Assembly (NCBI GenBank): GCA_964587755.1
Contig: CAZPMC010000009.1
Coordinates: forward strand, 259-59,997
DNA length: 59,739 nucleotides
Direction: 5' to 3'
Source: an uncultured Oscillospiraceae bacterium
Lineage (GTDB): Bacteria; Bacillota; Clostridia; Acetivibrionales; DTU013
The position numbers were made by a program, and so were the translations under genes. Position 1 is the first letter of the stretch. Each line of letters opens with the position of its first letter. Below the pieces are notes generated by a model that was not told the origin of the DNA, did not search any database, and saw nothing but the letters and a program-made list of their open reading frames with translations. Below are positions 17,450-26,294 of the stretch, piece after piece.

Positions 17450-19300
17450 ATGTATAAGAAGGCTGCTTTATTTCTTACCTGTATACTGCTTATTTTTACT
17501 GTGGCGTGTACCGCTGCCGATGACAACAAAGGTGTCGAACCATTTGCCTTAAATGAAGTATCACTTAGTCCAAGTGAGTTTACAACAAACAGAGATAGAA
17601 TGCATAGCTATTTAGAATCAGTGAATGATGACTCTATGCTGTATGTTTTCCGGGAAGCAGCGGGGCTTGACACAACGGGGACTTATCCTCTTGGAGGATG
17701 GGACTCACCTGATGTTAAGCTCAGAGGACATACTACAGGACACTATATGACTGCTTTGGCACAGGCTTATGCTGAAAGCAAAGATGAAACATTTAAAGAA
17801 AAGCTTGATTATATTGTTGAGGAATTAGGCAAATGTCAGGATGCACTGCCGAGCCAAAGCAATGATATGGGAGGCAAAAACAGTGAAGGATATCTTGCAG
17901 GTTATCCTGAAAAGCAGTTTATTCTTTTGGAATCCTTTGCTACATATGGAACCGATGACGACCAAATATGGGCGCCTTATTACACAAACCACAAAATCAT
18001 GACAGGGCTAATAGATGCGTATAAGCTGGCAGGAAACGAAAAAGCCTTAGATATAGTTACGAAAATGGGTGACTGGGTATACGGGAGGCTCAGCAAATGT
18101 ACAAGGGGGCAACTGGACAAGATGTGGAGCATTTATATAGCTGGAGAATTTGGCGGAATGAATGAGACAATGGCTGAGCTCTACAATATCACAGGTAAGG
18201 AAGAATATATTATTGCAGCCAAATATTTTGACAATACAACATTATTTAATGCATGCGCTTCAGGAGAAGACATATTGGAGGATATGCATGCAAATCAGCA
18301 TATTCCGCAGATTACGGGCAGCCTTAGAATATATGACCAAACCGATGAGCAGTTTTATTATGATGTGGCAGAAAACTTCTGGGATATGGTGGTCAACCAC
18401 CGTCAATATTGCAATGGCGGGACAGGCCAAAAGGAGAGATTCAAAGGAAGGGATAAAATCGCAGAGAATCTTGAGGGCAGGGAGGCGGAGACATGCGCGA
18501 CCTACAATATGCTGAAGCTTTCAAGAAACCTGTTCTTCCATGACCCTGATGCAAAGTATATGGATTATTATGAAAGAGGCCTGTACAATGGCATACTTGC
18601 TTCATTGCTGACGGTGAGGTCAGGGAACAATGTTACTTATTTTATGCCGTTGGCGCCCGGTTCCCGGAAGGAATTTGGGAATGGGTACACCTGCTGTGCC
18701 GGAACGGGAATGGAAAACCACACTAAATATCAGGATTCAATTTATTTTAAGGCTAAAGACAACTCGGCTCTTTATGTAAATCTGTACATTCCCTCAGAGT
18801 TGAACTGGGAGGATAAAAAATTCAAATTGAGACAGGAAACAAGCTGGCCGAATCAGCAATCTTCGACATTTACTGTGGAAAATGGTGGACGGATGGATAT
18901 AAAGTTCAGGGTGCCTTACTGGGCGGAAAATGGGTTTTCGATTGAGGTAAATGGGAAAATTCAGGAGGTGGAAGCTAAGTCAGGCAGTTATGCTACTGTC
19001 AGCAGGAGATGGAAGGCAGGAGATGTGATTAAGGTAATATATCCGTACAGCTTAAGACTTGAAAGAACACCTGACGACAGTACTGTCGGGTCTATATTCT
19101 TTGGACCGATTCTGCTTGTCGGAAAGGATAGAAGGGCGGACTTTATCGAGCTTGAACTAAATACCGAGGATTTATCCCAATCTATTACAATAGTTGACGA
19201 AGAGGCAATGACATTTGAAGCAGATTCGGTGACTCTAGTGCCTATGTACACAGCTTATAACTTTAGATATCATGCATATTTCAAGATATCTGACAAATAA
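17450..19300 (+). CDS. GH127/GH146-type beta-L-arabinofuranosidase (DUF1680) lipoprotein
   Basis: Lipobox FTVAC. The Glu-x-Cys (ETC, 18488-18496) and Cys-Cys (YTCCAGTGMENH, 18692-18697) pattern corresponds to the Zn/nucleophile residues described for HypBA1-type GH127. Confidence 0.85.
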   Translation: MYKKAALFLTCILLIFTVACTAADDNKGVEPFALNEVSLSPSEFTTNRDRMHSYLESVNDDSMLYVFREAAGLDTTGTYPLGGWDSPDVKLRGHTTGHYMTALAQAYAESKDETFKEKLDYIVEELGKCQDALPSQSNDMGGKNSEGYLAGYPEKQFILLESFATYGTDDDQIWAPYYTNHKIMTGLIDAYKLAGNEKALDIVTKMGDWVYGRLSKCTRGQLDKMWSIYIAGEFGGMNETMAELYNITGKEEYIIAAKYFDNTTLFNACASGEDILEDMHANQHIPQITGSLRIYDQTDEQFYYDVAENFWDMVVNHRQYCNGGTGQKERFKGRDKIAENLEGREAETCATYNMLKLSRNLFFHDPDAKYMDYYERGLYNGILASLLTVRSGNNVTYFMPLAPGSRKEFGNGYTCCAGTGMENHTKYQDSIYFKAKDNSALYVNLYIPSELNWEDKKFKLRQETSWPNQQSSTFTVENGGRMDIKFRVPYWAENGFSIEVNGKIQEVEAKSGSYATVSRRWKAGDVIKVIYPYSLRLERTPDDSTVGSIFFGPILLVGKDRRADFIELELNTEDLSQSITIVDEEAMTFEADSVTLVPMYTAYNFRYHAYFKISDK

Positions 19301-19332
19301 TTTGGAATACCATGAGATAAGAGGGTGTAAAA

Positions 19333-20016
19333 ATGAAGAATAAAATTTTATTAGTAATATGTTGTATGCTGATGTTTTTTGCAGTATCATGCGGAGGTGC
19401 GAAAATCCCGGATACAGAAACACCTCAGCTTGAACCTCCCACAAAGGGCGAAACAATTGCAATCATGAAGACGGATATGGGTGATATCAAGATAAAGTTT
19501 TTCCCTTTGGAAGCTCCAAAGGCTGTGGAGAATTTTATAGGACTTGCTAAAAAGGGTTATTATGACGGGATTATTTTTCACAGAGTGATAAAGGACTTTA
19601 TGATACAGGGAGGTGACCCCACCGGGACTGGTACCGGTGGAGAAAGCATATGGGGAAAGCCCTTTGAGGATGAATTCAGCGATAAGCTGTGCAACTACAG
19701 GGGAGCTTTATCCATGGCGAATTCAGGTCCAAATACAAACGGAAGCCAGTTCTTTATAGTCCAGGTGAACCATTTGCCGGAGGAACTGGAAGAGCAGATG
19801 ATCGTGTATGGCTTTGACCCTGAGGTGATTGAGAAGTACAAGGAATACGGCGGGACTCCTTGGCTTGATAACCGGCATACCGTATTCGGGGAAGTGTTCG
19901 AAGGCATGGAGGTTGTTGATAAAATAGCGGCAGTAAAGGTTGACAGTAAAAGCAGCAAACCGCTGGAGGATGTTAAAGTTATTTCTGTTGAGATTACGAC
20001 CTATGATGGCAACTAA
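19333..20016 (+). CDS. Cyclophilin-type peptidyl-prolyl cis-trans isomerase, lipoprotein
   Basis: Lipobox AVSCGG; [27 protein letters not shown] and [16 protein letters not shown] motifs. It starts 32 nt after the GH127 gene. Confidence 0.93.
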   Translation: MKNKILLVICCMLMFFAVSCGGAKIPDTETPQLEPPTKGETIAIMKTDMGDIKIKFFPLEAPKAVENFIGLAKKGYYDGIIFHRVIKDFMIQGGDPTGTGTGGESIWGKPFEDEFSDKLCNYRGALSMANSGPNTNGSQFFIVQVNHLPEELEEQMIVYGFDPEVIEKYKEYGGTPWLDNRHTVFGEVFEGMEVVDKIAAVKVDSKSSKPLEDVKVISVEITTYDGN

Positions 20017-20043
20017 AATTAAATGATAAAGCGAACTTGCTTT

Positions 20044-20092
20044 AACCCCTTGAGAAGGACTTTACAAGTCCTTCTCAAGGGGTTTTTTTTAA
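20044..20092 (+). terminator. Strong Rho-independent terminator
   Basis: Perfect 19-bp stem AACCCCTTGAGAAGGACTT / AAGTCCTTCTCAAGGGGTT followed by T8. Confidence 0.85.
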
Positions 20093-20236
20093 TATACTTA
20101 ACATATAAGTGGGGAAATATGGTAATGTTAAAATATGGGATAGGTGTATTTATATGTTTGATGTAGTGGAGGTGGTTTTGGGAATGAGATAGATGTTTGG
20201 AATTTATTATTAAAAATATTATTTGTAGGGGGAAAT

Positions 20237-21319
20237 ATGAGAAAGACAAGTTTTTATTTTATTGGAGTATTGATTATTGCTATTGTTTTTACCTGTTTAC
20301 CGGTTATAGCACATGCCCAGCAGGAGACCAGCTTTACTTTAATAAAAAACACTGACCAGGCAGCTGCCGGGCAACGCATTGAGCTTACTCTTCAGGGCAA
20401 CAACATGAAGGATTTATATGCGTACGAAGCAACAGTGTCATTTAATTCGTCAGCTGTTGAGTTTGAAAAAGCCGAATCAAAGCTTGAAGGTTATTTCATA
20501 AAGCCAATAGTAAAAGGCAACAAAATCACCCTTGCCTACACAAAAGTAGGGGACAAAGCGGGTGAACAAGGAACAAAGGAGTTATGCAAAATAATACTCA
20601 AGGGTAAGGCCCAAGGCAGTTCACAGGTTAAATTGGAGCAGGTAAAGGCGGTAAATCCCGACCTTAAAGTAAAAAGCTATTCAAAGCTGTCTGAAGAGAC
20701 AGAAGGAGCGGGAGGCACAGTTTATCAAATCGTTACCTTGGATGAAGAGTCTGTACCGAAAGGAGAGGTAAAGAAATTCCTTGATCTTGATGGTTACGAA
20801 TGGGCAAGAATGGAAATTGAGGCTCTGGCTTCCGAAGAGATTATAAGAGGCACGTCAGATACCACATTTAGTCCGGGAGCAAAAATAAAAAGGGCTGATT
20901 TTGTATGTCTGCTTGTCAGGGCATTTAAGTTTGCCGCAGAAGTGGACAGCAACTTTGATGATGTGGAGCCGGGGAAATATTATTACCAGGAAGTAGGCAT
21001 AGCCAAAAAGCTGGGAATTATCCTTGGGACAGGAGGAAACAAATTCAGACCCACCGACAATATTTCAAGACAGGACATGATGGTTATTGTGGCAAGGGCT
21101 ATGAAATTAGCTGAAATGGAGCCAAAGAACGCCCCTTCAGATTTGTCCGGGTTCAAGGATGCCAATGAAGTTGCACCCTATGCGAGAGAAGCCGTAGCCA
21201 TGCTGGTAGGTGAAAAGATTATCCAGGGAAGCAATGGCAAAATCAATCCGATAGGTACAGCGACAAGAGCCGAAACGGCTGTTATTCTGTACAGAGTTTT
21301 ACAATTATACAGGCAATAA
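20237..21319 (+). CDS. Cell-surface anchoring protein: cohesin-like module + three SLH repeats
   Basis: Signal peptide. Cohesin-like beta-sandwich at aa about 30-145 (IELTLQGNNMKDLYAYEATVSFNSSAVEFEKAES). SLH repeats begin at FLDLDGYEWARMEIEAL, FDDVEPGKYYYQEVGIA and FKDANEVAPYAREAVAML. Confidence 0.8.
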   Translation: MRKTSFYFIGVLIIAIVFTCLPVIAHAQQETSFTLIKNTDQAAAGQRIELTLQGNNMKDLYAYEATVSFNSSAVEFEKAESKLEGYFIKPIVKGNKITLAYTKVGDKAGEQGTKELCKIILKGKAQGSSQVKLEQVKAVNPDLKVKSYSKLSEETEGAGGTVYQIVTLDEESVPKGEVKKFLDLDGYEWARMEIEALASEEIIRGTSDTTFSPGAKIKRADFVCLLVRAFKFAAEVDSNFDDVEPGKYYYQEVGIAKKLGIILGTGGNKFRPTDNISRQDMMVIVARAMKLAEMEPKNAPSDLSGFKDANEVAPYAREAVAMLVGEKIIQGSNGKINPIGTATRAETAVILYRVLQLYRQ

Positions 21320-21336
21320 AATTTGGAGGTGGAAGA

Positions 21337-24300
21337 ATGTTAAAAAAGCGAATAGCAGCTTTCATGGTGTTGGCCATGTTAGTTAGCATGTTCTCAGGAC
21401 TTGCTTTAATTGCCAGGGCGGATGAAGAATCAAGTGATGAGGACTTGGTTGTTTGGTACAAATTTGATCAGGTTGACGGGACTGTGATTGCCGACGCGTC
21501 AGGCAATGGAAAAAATGCAACGATGGTCGGCGGCGTCAGTATCGGTGACCGGGGGAACGAAAAGGCAGCAGTACTTGACGGTTCAAACGGTTATTTGCAG
21601 CTTCCTCAGGGAATTGTAAGCGGACTTACTGATATGACTGTTACTGCCTGGGTTTATATAAATGATACCCAGGGTTATCAAAGAATATTTGACTTTGGAA
21701 ACAATACCTCAAGATACATGTATCTTTTGTCGTCTGGAAGAAATGATAGTGCTTACGGTTTTTCTGCCGGCATTACCACAAGCGGCTGGACAAATGAGAG
21801 GACTACAGCCACAGGAGTAGATTTGCCTGAGGGGGAATGGATTCATGTGGCATTCGTGCAGTCAGGCACTACGGTTAGATTATACCAAAACGGTGCAAAT
21901 GTAGCTGAGAACACCTCAGTTGACCTTAACGCTTCAAGTCTTGGCAGCACTTCGAATAATTATATAGGCAAATCACAGTTTTCAGGCGATGCCACTTTCG
22001 ATGGAAGCGTCAGTGATTTCAGAATATATAAAAGAGCGTTAACAGACGCAGAGATTGGCGCTATAGCAGGAATTACCGATGAATACTGCGTCCAAATGGA
22101 CAAAGAGGCTATATACATCGGAAACATATTCACAATAGAATCAGATTTGGTTCTGCCCACTCAAGGCGCAATGGGTTCGACCATTACATGGTCATCAAGC
22201 AACCCTGAAATAATTTCTAACGATGGAAAGGTCACACGTCCCGCAGCCGGAGAGCCAAATGCGGAAGTCATACTGATAGCAACCATTACAAAAGGCGAGG
22301 CATTCGATACAAGGGAGTTCGTATGCACCGTACTGGCAGAGCTGACAGATCAGGCAAAGGCTGAGGCTGATGCCTCTGCGATTAACCTTGGAGATACAAG
22401 CAGTGTTGTATCCGACCTTACACTGCCAACGGTTGGTACAACTTACGGATCGGCAATTTCATGGGAATCAAGTGATCCAAGCATAATAGCAGCAGACGGA
22501 AGGGTGACAAGACCAGAGTATGGGCAAGGTGACGCGACTGTTACATTGACGGCTACTGTTATAAACGGCACTACGGGAGAATCTGTCAGGAACTTTACCG
22601 TAACAGTGCTGCAAAAAGAGTTCGTCCTGATGATATCAGAAATCAGTGAAGTAAATGTATCGACTATCGTAGGAAACGCACCTTCACTTCCTGAAGCGGT
22701 AGTCGCGATATATAACGACAACAGCAGAAGAATGCTGCCGGTTGTATGGGACAGCATTGATGAATCAAAATATGCCAGAGCAGGATTCTTCAAGGTAGAG
22801 GGTACTGTTAGCTCTACCAACATAAAAGCTGTTGCTAATGTTACTGTAAATACTTTTGATATAAGCACTTCCTTCAATATGAGTCAATTGACTCCCGGAA
22901 GCGAGCTTGTCGCTACTGTCAATGCCACAAACAGAGGCAGCGAAAGTGCATCACTCCTTGAGATTGTCGTACTGTATGACGCTGCCGGTAGAATGAGGAA
23001 TGTGGTATATTCATCCAAGGAAATACAGCCGGGAGAAACGGAAGAATTAAACGGAAGTATAACACTGCCAGGTGATGTTGCAGGCTGGAAGGCTAAAGTT
23101 TTTGTCTGGTCAGGCCCCGGTATAACTACATCGTCCCTGCAGCCTCAGGCAAAGGTTGCAGAGCTTTTATCCGAACCTCAGGAAGAGGTGAGGAGACCGG
23201 ATGTACCCGGTGGCCTTACAGCTGAAGCAGATATTTCTTCAGTAACAATCTCATGGGATGAGGTTCTCGGTGCAGAAGGGTATGACATTGAGGTTGACGG
23301 CACAGTAATAACTGACGTTACAAGTCCGTATGAGCATACAGGACTGGTATACAATTCTACTCACACCTATTCCGTCAGGGCAAAGAACAGTGCCGGAGCC
23401 AGCCCGTGGAGCTTGCCGCTAACAGTGACGCTGGAAACGGGCGGATTTGGCGATGAGAGCTTAGTAGTCAAACCTTTTAATTTAAGTGAAGTTACGCTTT
23501 TAACTAGCCCGTTTACTGCAAACAGGGATAGAACGGTGAATTACCTTAAGTCCTGCAATGATGATTCAATGCTTTATGTATTCAGAGTAACTGCAGGTCT
23601 TGATACGAAAGGCGCATCGCCCATAGGCGGCTGGGACGCCCCCGATAGCAAATTGAGAGGACACACCACTGGACATTACCTATTAGCGCTTTCTCAGGCT
23701 TATGCGGAAAGCCAGGACACTGAACTGAAGGCCAAGATCGACTATCTGGTAGCAGAGCTGGCCAAATGCCAGGAAGCACTGCCAAGCCAGAGCAATGATA
23801 TGGGAGGCTTCAATAACGAAGGTTATCTGGCCGGATATCCCGAAAAGCAATTTATTAGATTAGAAGCTTTTGCAACATACGGCTCTGGGCCGGATCAAGT
23901 CTGGGCGCCTTATTATACAAACCACAAAATCATGTCAGGTTTAATTGCTGCATATAAGCTGGCAGGCAATACACAGGCTCTGGACATTGTTACAAAAATG
24001 GGAGACTGGGTATACGGGAGGCTTAGCAAGTGCACAAGAGAACAGCTTGATAGAATGTGGGGCATATACATTGCAGGCGAATATGGCGGAATGAACGAGG
24101 TAATGGCGGAGCTTTACAGCTTGACAGGTGATTCGAAATACATTGCAACAGCCAAATATTTTGACAACACAACACTCTTTGATGCCTGTGCTCAGAATAA
24201 TGATATTTTAACCGGAAAACATGCAAACCAGCATATACCTCAAATAACGGGTAGCTTGAGGGTGTTCGACGTGACAAATGAACAGTCCTATTATGATACA

Positions 24301-25230
24301 GCGAAAAATTTCTGGGATATGGTAGCAGAGCATCGCATATACTGTACCGGCGGTACAAGCCAAGGCGAGATGTTCAGGCAAAGGGACAGGATAGCCCAAT
24401 ACATTTCAAGTGACACAACAGAAACCTGTTGCACATATAATATGCTGAAATTGACAAGGAATCTTTTCTTCCATGACTCTCAGCCCAAATACATGGATTA
24501 TTATGAGAGAGCCCTTTATAATAATATCCTAGCTTCTCAGCGGCAGTCAGGCAGCGGACATAATATAACATATTTCATGCCGTTAAATCCTGGAGCACAA
24601 AAAGGGTTCGGAAATGGCTATACTTGCTGCGCAGGCACCGGTATGGAGAACCATACAAAGTACCAGGATTCAATTTATTTCAAATCTGCTGATGAGACTG
24701 CTCTTTATATTAATCTCTATATTCCTTCAGCCTTAAATTGGGCAAAGAAAGGGTTCAAAATCACTCAGCAGACAAATTGGCCAAGTCAACAATCCTCAAC
24801 ATTTACAGTAAATGAAGGCGGACAGCTGGGTATTAATTTCAGGGTACCTTACTGGTCAGGAAGCGATTTCTCAATCAAAATAAACGGAGTTGACCAGGAA
24901 GTGGAGGCGACTGCGGGAAGCTATGTCACAATCAGCAGAACATGGGCAGCGGGTGATGAGATAGTTGTTTCCTTCCCCTATAGCTTCAGAGTAGAGCCGA
25001 CACCTGACGACAGCTCTGTTATTGCATTGTTCTACGGCCCCATATTGCTTGTAGGAAAGGATAACAGTACCAGTTATATAAACCTTTCACTTAATACAGA
25101 AAATCTTTCCGAGTCAATTACACCGGTCGATGGGCAGCCGATGAACTTCATAACAAACGGTGTTACGCTTGTACCCATGTATACTGCATCCGGTTTTAGG
25201 TATCATGCGTATTTCAAGCTAGCCCAATAA
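21337..25230 (+). CDS. 1297-aa secreted multidomain GH127-type beta-L-arabinofuranosidase
   Basis: Signal peptide, then LamG/ConA-like domain (aa about 35-245). Two Ig-like repeats carry ITWSSSNPEIISNDGKVTRP and ISWESSDPSIIAADGRVTRP. Then a Big_4-like domain (VVWDSIDESKYARAGFFKVEGTV), an unassigned beta-sandwich and an FN3 domain (VTISWDEVLGAEGYDIEVDG). The GH127 core from about 23458 is colinear with the product of 17450-19300 (TETC and YTCCAGTGMENH retained). Confidence 0.85.
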   Translation: MLKKRIAAFMVLAMLVSMFSGLALIARADEESSDEDLVVWYKFDQVDGTVIADASGNGKNATMVGGVSIGDRGNEKAAVLDGSNGYLQLPQGIVSGLTDMTVTAWVYINDTQGYQRIFDFGNNTSRYMYLLSSGRNDSAYGFSAGITTSGWTNERTTATGVDLPEGEWIHVAFVQSGTTVRLYQNGANVAENTSVDLNASSLGSTSNNYIGKSQFSGDATFDGSVSDFRIYKRALTDAEIGAIAGITDEYCVQMDKEAIYIGNIFTIESDLVLPTQGAMGSTITWSSSNPEIISNDGKVTRPAAGEPNAEVILIATITKGEAFDTREFVCTVLAELTDQAKAEADASAINLGDTSSVVSDLTLPTVGTTYGSAISWESSDPSIIAADGRVTRPEYGQGDATVTLTATVINGTTGESVRNFTVTVLQKEFVLMISEISEVNVSTIVGNAPSLPEAVVAIYNDNSRRMLPVVWDSIDESKYARAGFFKVEGTVSSTNIKAVANVTVNTFDISTSFNMSQLTPGSELVATVNATNRGSESASLLEIVVLYDAAGRMRNVVYSSKEIQPGETEELNGSITLPGDVAGWKAKVFVWSGPGITTSSLQPQAKVAELLSEPQEEVRRPDVPGGLTAEADISSVTISWDEVLGAEGYDIEVDGTVITDVTSPYEHTGLVYNSTHTYSVRAKNSAGASPWSLPLTVTLETGGFGDESLVVKPFNLSEVTLLTSPFTANRDRTVNYLKSCNDDSMLYVFRVTAGLDTKGASPIGGWDAPDSKLRGHTTGHYLLALSQAYAESQDTELKAKIDYLVAELAKCQEALPSQSNDMGGFNNEGYLAGYPEKQFIRLEAFATYGSGPDQVWAPYYTNHKIMSGLIAAYKLAGNTQALDIVTKMGDWVYGRLSKCTREQLDRMWGIYIAGEYGGMNEVMAELYSLTGDSKYIATAKYFDNTTLFDACAQNNDILTGKHANQHIPQITGSLRVFDVTNEQSYYDTAKNFWDMVAEHRIYCTGGTSQGEMFRQRDRIAQYISSDTTETCCTYNMLKLTRNLFFHDSQPKYMDYYERALYNNILASQRQSGSGHNITYFMPLNPGAQKGFGNGYTCCAGTGMENHTKYQDSIYFKSADETALYINLYIPSALNWAKKGFKITQQTNWPSQQSSTFTVNEGGQLGINFRVPYWSGSDFSIKINGVDQEVEATAGSYVTISRTWAAGDEIVVSFPYSFRVEPTPDDSSVIALFYGPILLVGKDNSTSYINLSLNTENLSESITPVDGQPMNFITNGVTLVPMYTASGFRYHAYFKLAQ

Positions 25231-25256
25231 GAATTTGATAATAAGGAGGAGATTGT

Positions 25257-26222
25257 GTGAAGCATCGTTTTATTTCGAAAATTTTAATATTCGCAATTGT
25301 AGCAATTATGCTCAATATATTTTGCATCCAGGGTTTTGCTGCACAGACCGGTGCAACGATTTCAAACGTTAGCATAAGTCATGATTCACAAAACAGCAAA
25401 CTGATAATTACCGGCGCCATAAGCTCCGGAAGCGGATGCGAGGTCACTGTTACCGTGACCACACCAACAGGCGTGATAGACTTTATTGACCAGGTAACAA
25501 GCGGGTCTGGTGGAAGTTTCACATTTGAGTATGTATATGATGAGCTTCTTGACGGACAGTATTTAATCAGTATAGGCGGCATAGGAGTTGACTTGCCTTA
25601 TTCAGGCACCTGGCAGAAGGATGGAGGACAGACAGGTCAAAACTTGATGGTAATAACCGCACCTGACAGAGTATACTCACATGATACATTTGAAGCAGGT
25701 ATCGGCATATCGGACATAAGTCCAAATATTTACGCTATGATTATCACATTAAACTACAATGCGCAACATCTTGAATATATTAAGACTGAAAAAGTCGATG
25801 AAAGCGATGAGAATATTATGGTCTTGAGTACATTGAATACTCCGGGGTTATTGAAAATAGTAAAAACGGATACGACCAGCTTCTCTGATATTGAGCAGGC
25901 GGCTAAAGTCACCTTTAGGGTAAGAAGTGGAATAAGCAACGTGACAAGCAATATACAAATTACAAGTGCAGAGCTCGGTGTTGCTCCGGGAGGAGAAGTA
26001 ATCTTTGCTGAGTTGGCCGATAAAACCATTTCAGTATTAATGCCGGGAGATGTAAGCGGAGATGGCGATGTAGACGTGGGTGACCTTGCTATTGTCGCAT
26101 ACTATTATGGAAAGACATCGGAGGATGAGGATTGGCATTTGGCTCGAGTTGCAGACTTCAATGGTGACAATAGGGTAGACTTTATTGATCTCGCATTTGT
26201 AGCACAAAAAATGTTGGATTAA
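25257..26222 (+). CDS. Adaptor scaffoldin-like protein: Ig-like module + cohesin-like module + dockerin
   Basis: Signal peptide. Cohesin-like module at aa about 128-260 (YAMIITLNYNAQHLEYIKTEK). Dockerin with two Ca-binding loops, DVSGDGDVDVGDL and DFNGDNRVDFIDL (about 26043-26216). GTG start follows AGGAGG. Confidence 0.8.
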   Translation: MKHRFISKILIFAIVAIMLNIFCIQGFAAQTGATISNVSISHDSQNSKLIITGAISSGSGCEVTVTVTTPTGVIDFIDQVTSGSGGSFTFEYVYDELLDGQYLISIGGIGVDLPYSGTWQKDGGQTGQNLMVITAPDRVYSHDTFEAGIGISDISPNIYAMIITLNYNAQHLEYIKTEKVDESDENIMVLSTLNTPGLLKIVKTDTTSFSDIEQAAKVTFRVRSGISNVTSNIQITSAELGVAPGGEVIFAELADKTISVLMPGDVSGDGDVDVGDLAIVAYYYGKTSEDEDWHLARVADFNGDNRVDFIDLAFVAQKMLD

Positions 26223-26236
26223 TTAGACTCATTTAT

Positions 26237-26289
26237 ATTGGTTTGTTTTCCCAGTGGATGACTTTGGTTGTCCACTGGGATTTATTTTG
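26237..26289 (+). terminator. Terminator hairpin, member of the repeated hairpin family (copy H3)
   Basis: CCCAGTGGA (26250-26258) / TCCACTGGG (26271-26279), loop TGACTTTGGTTG, then ATTTATTTTG. The 5' flank ATTGGTTT is shared with copy H4. Confidence 0.7.
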
Positions 26290-26294
26290 GCATA

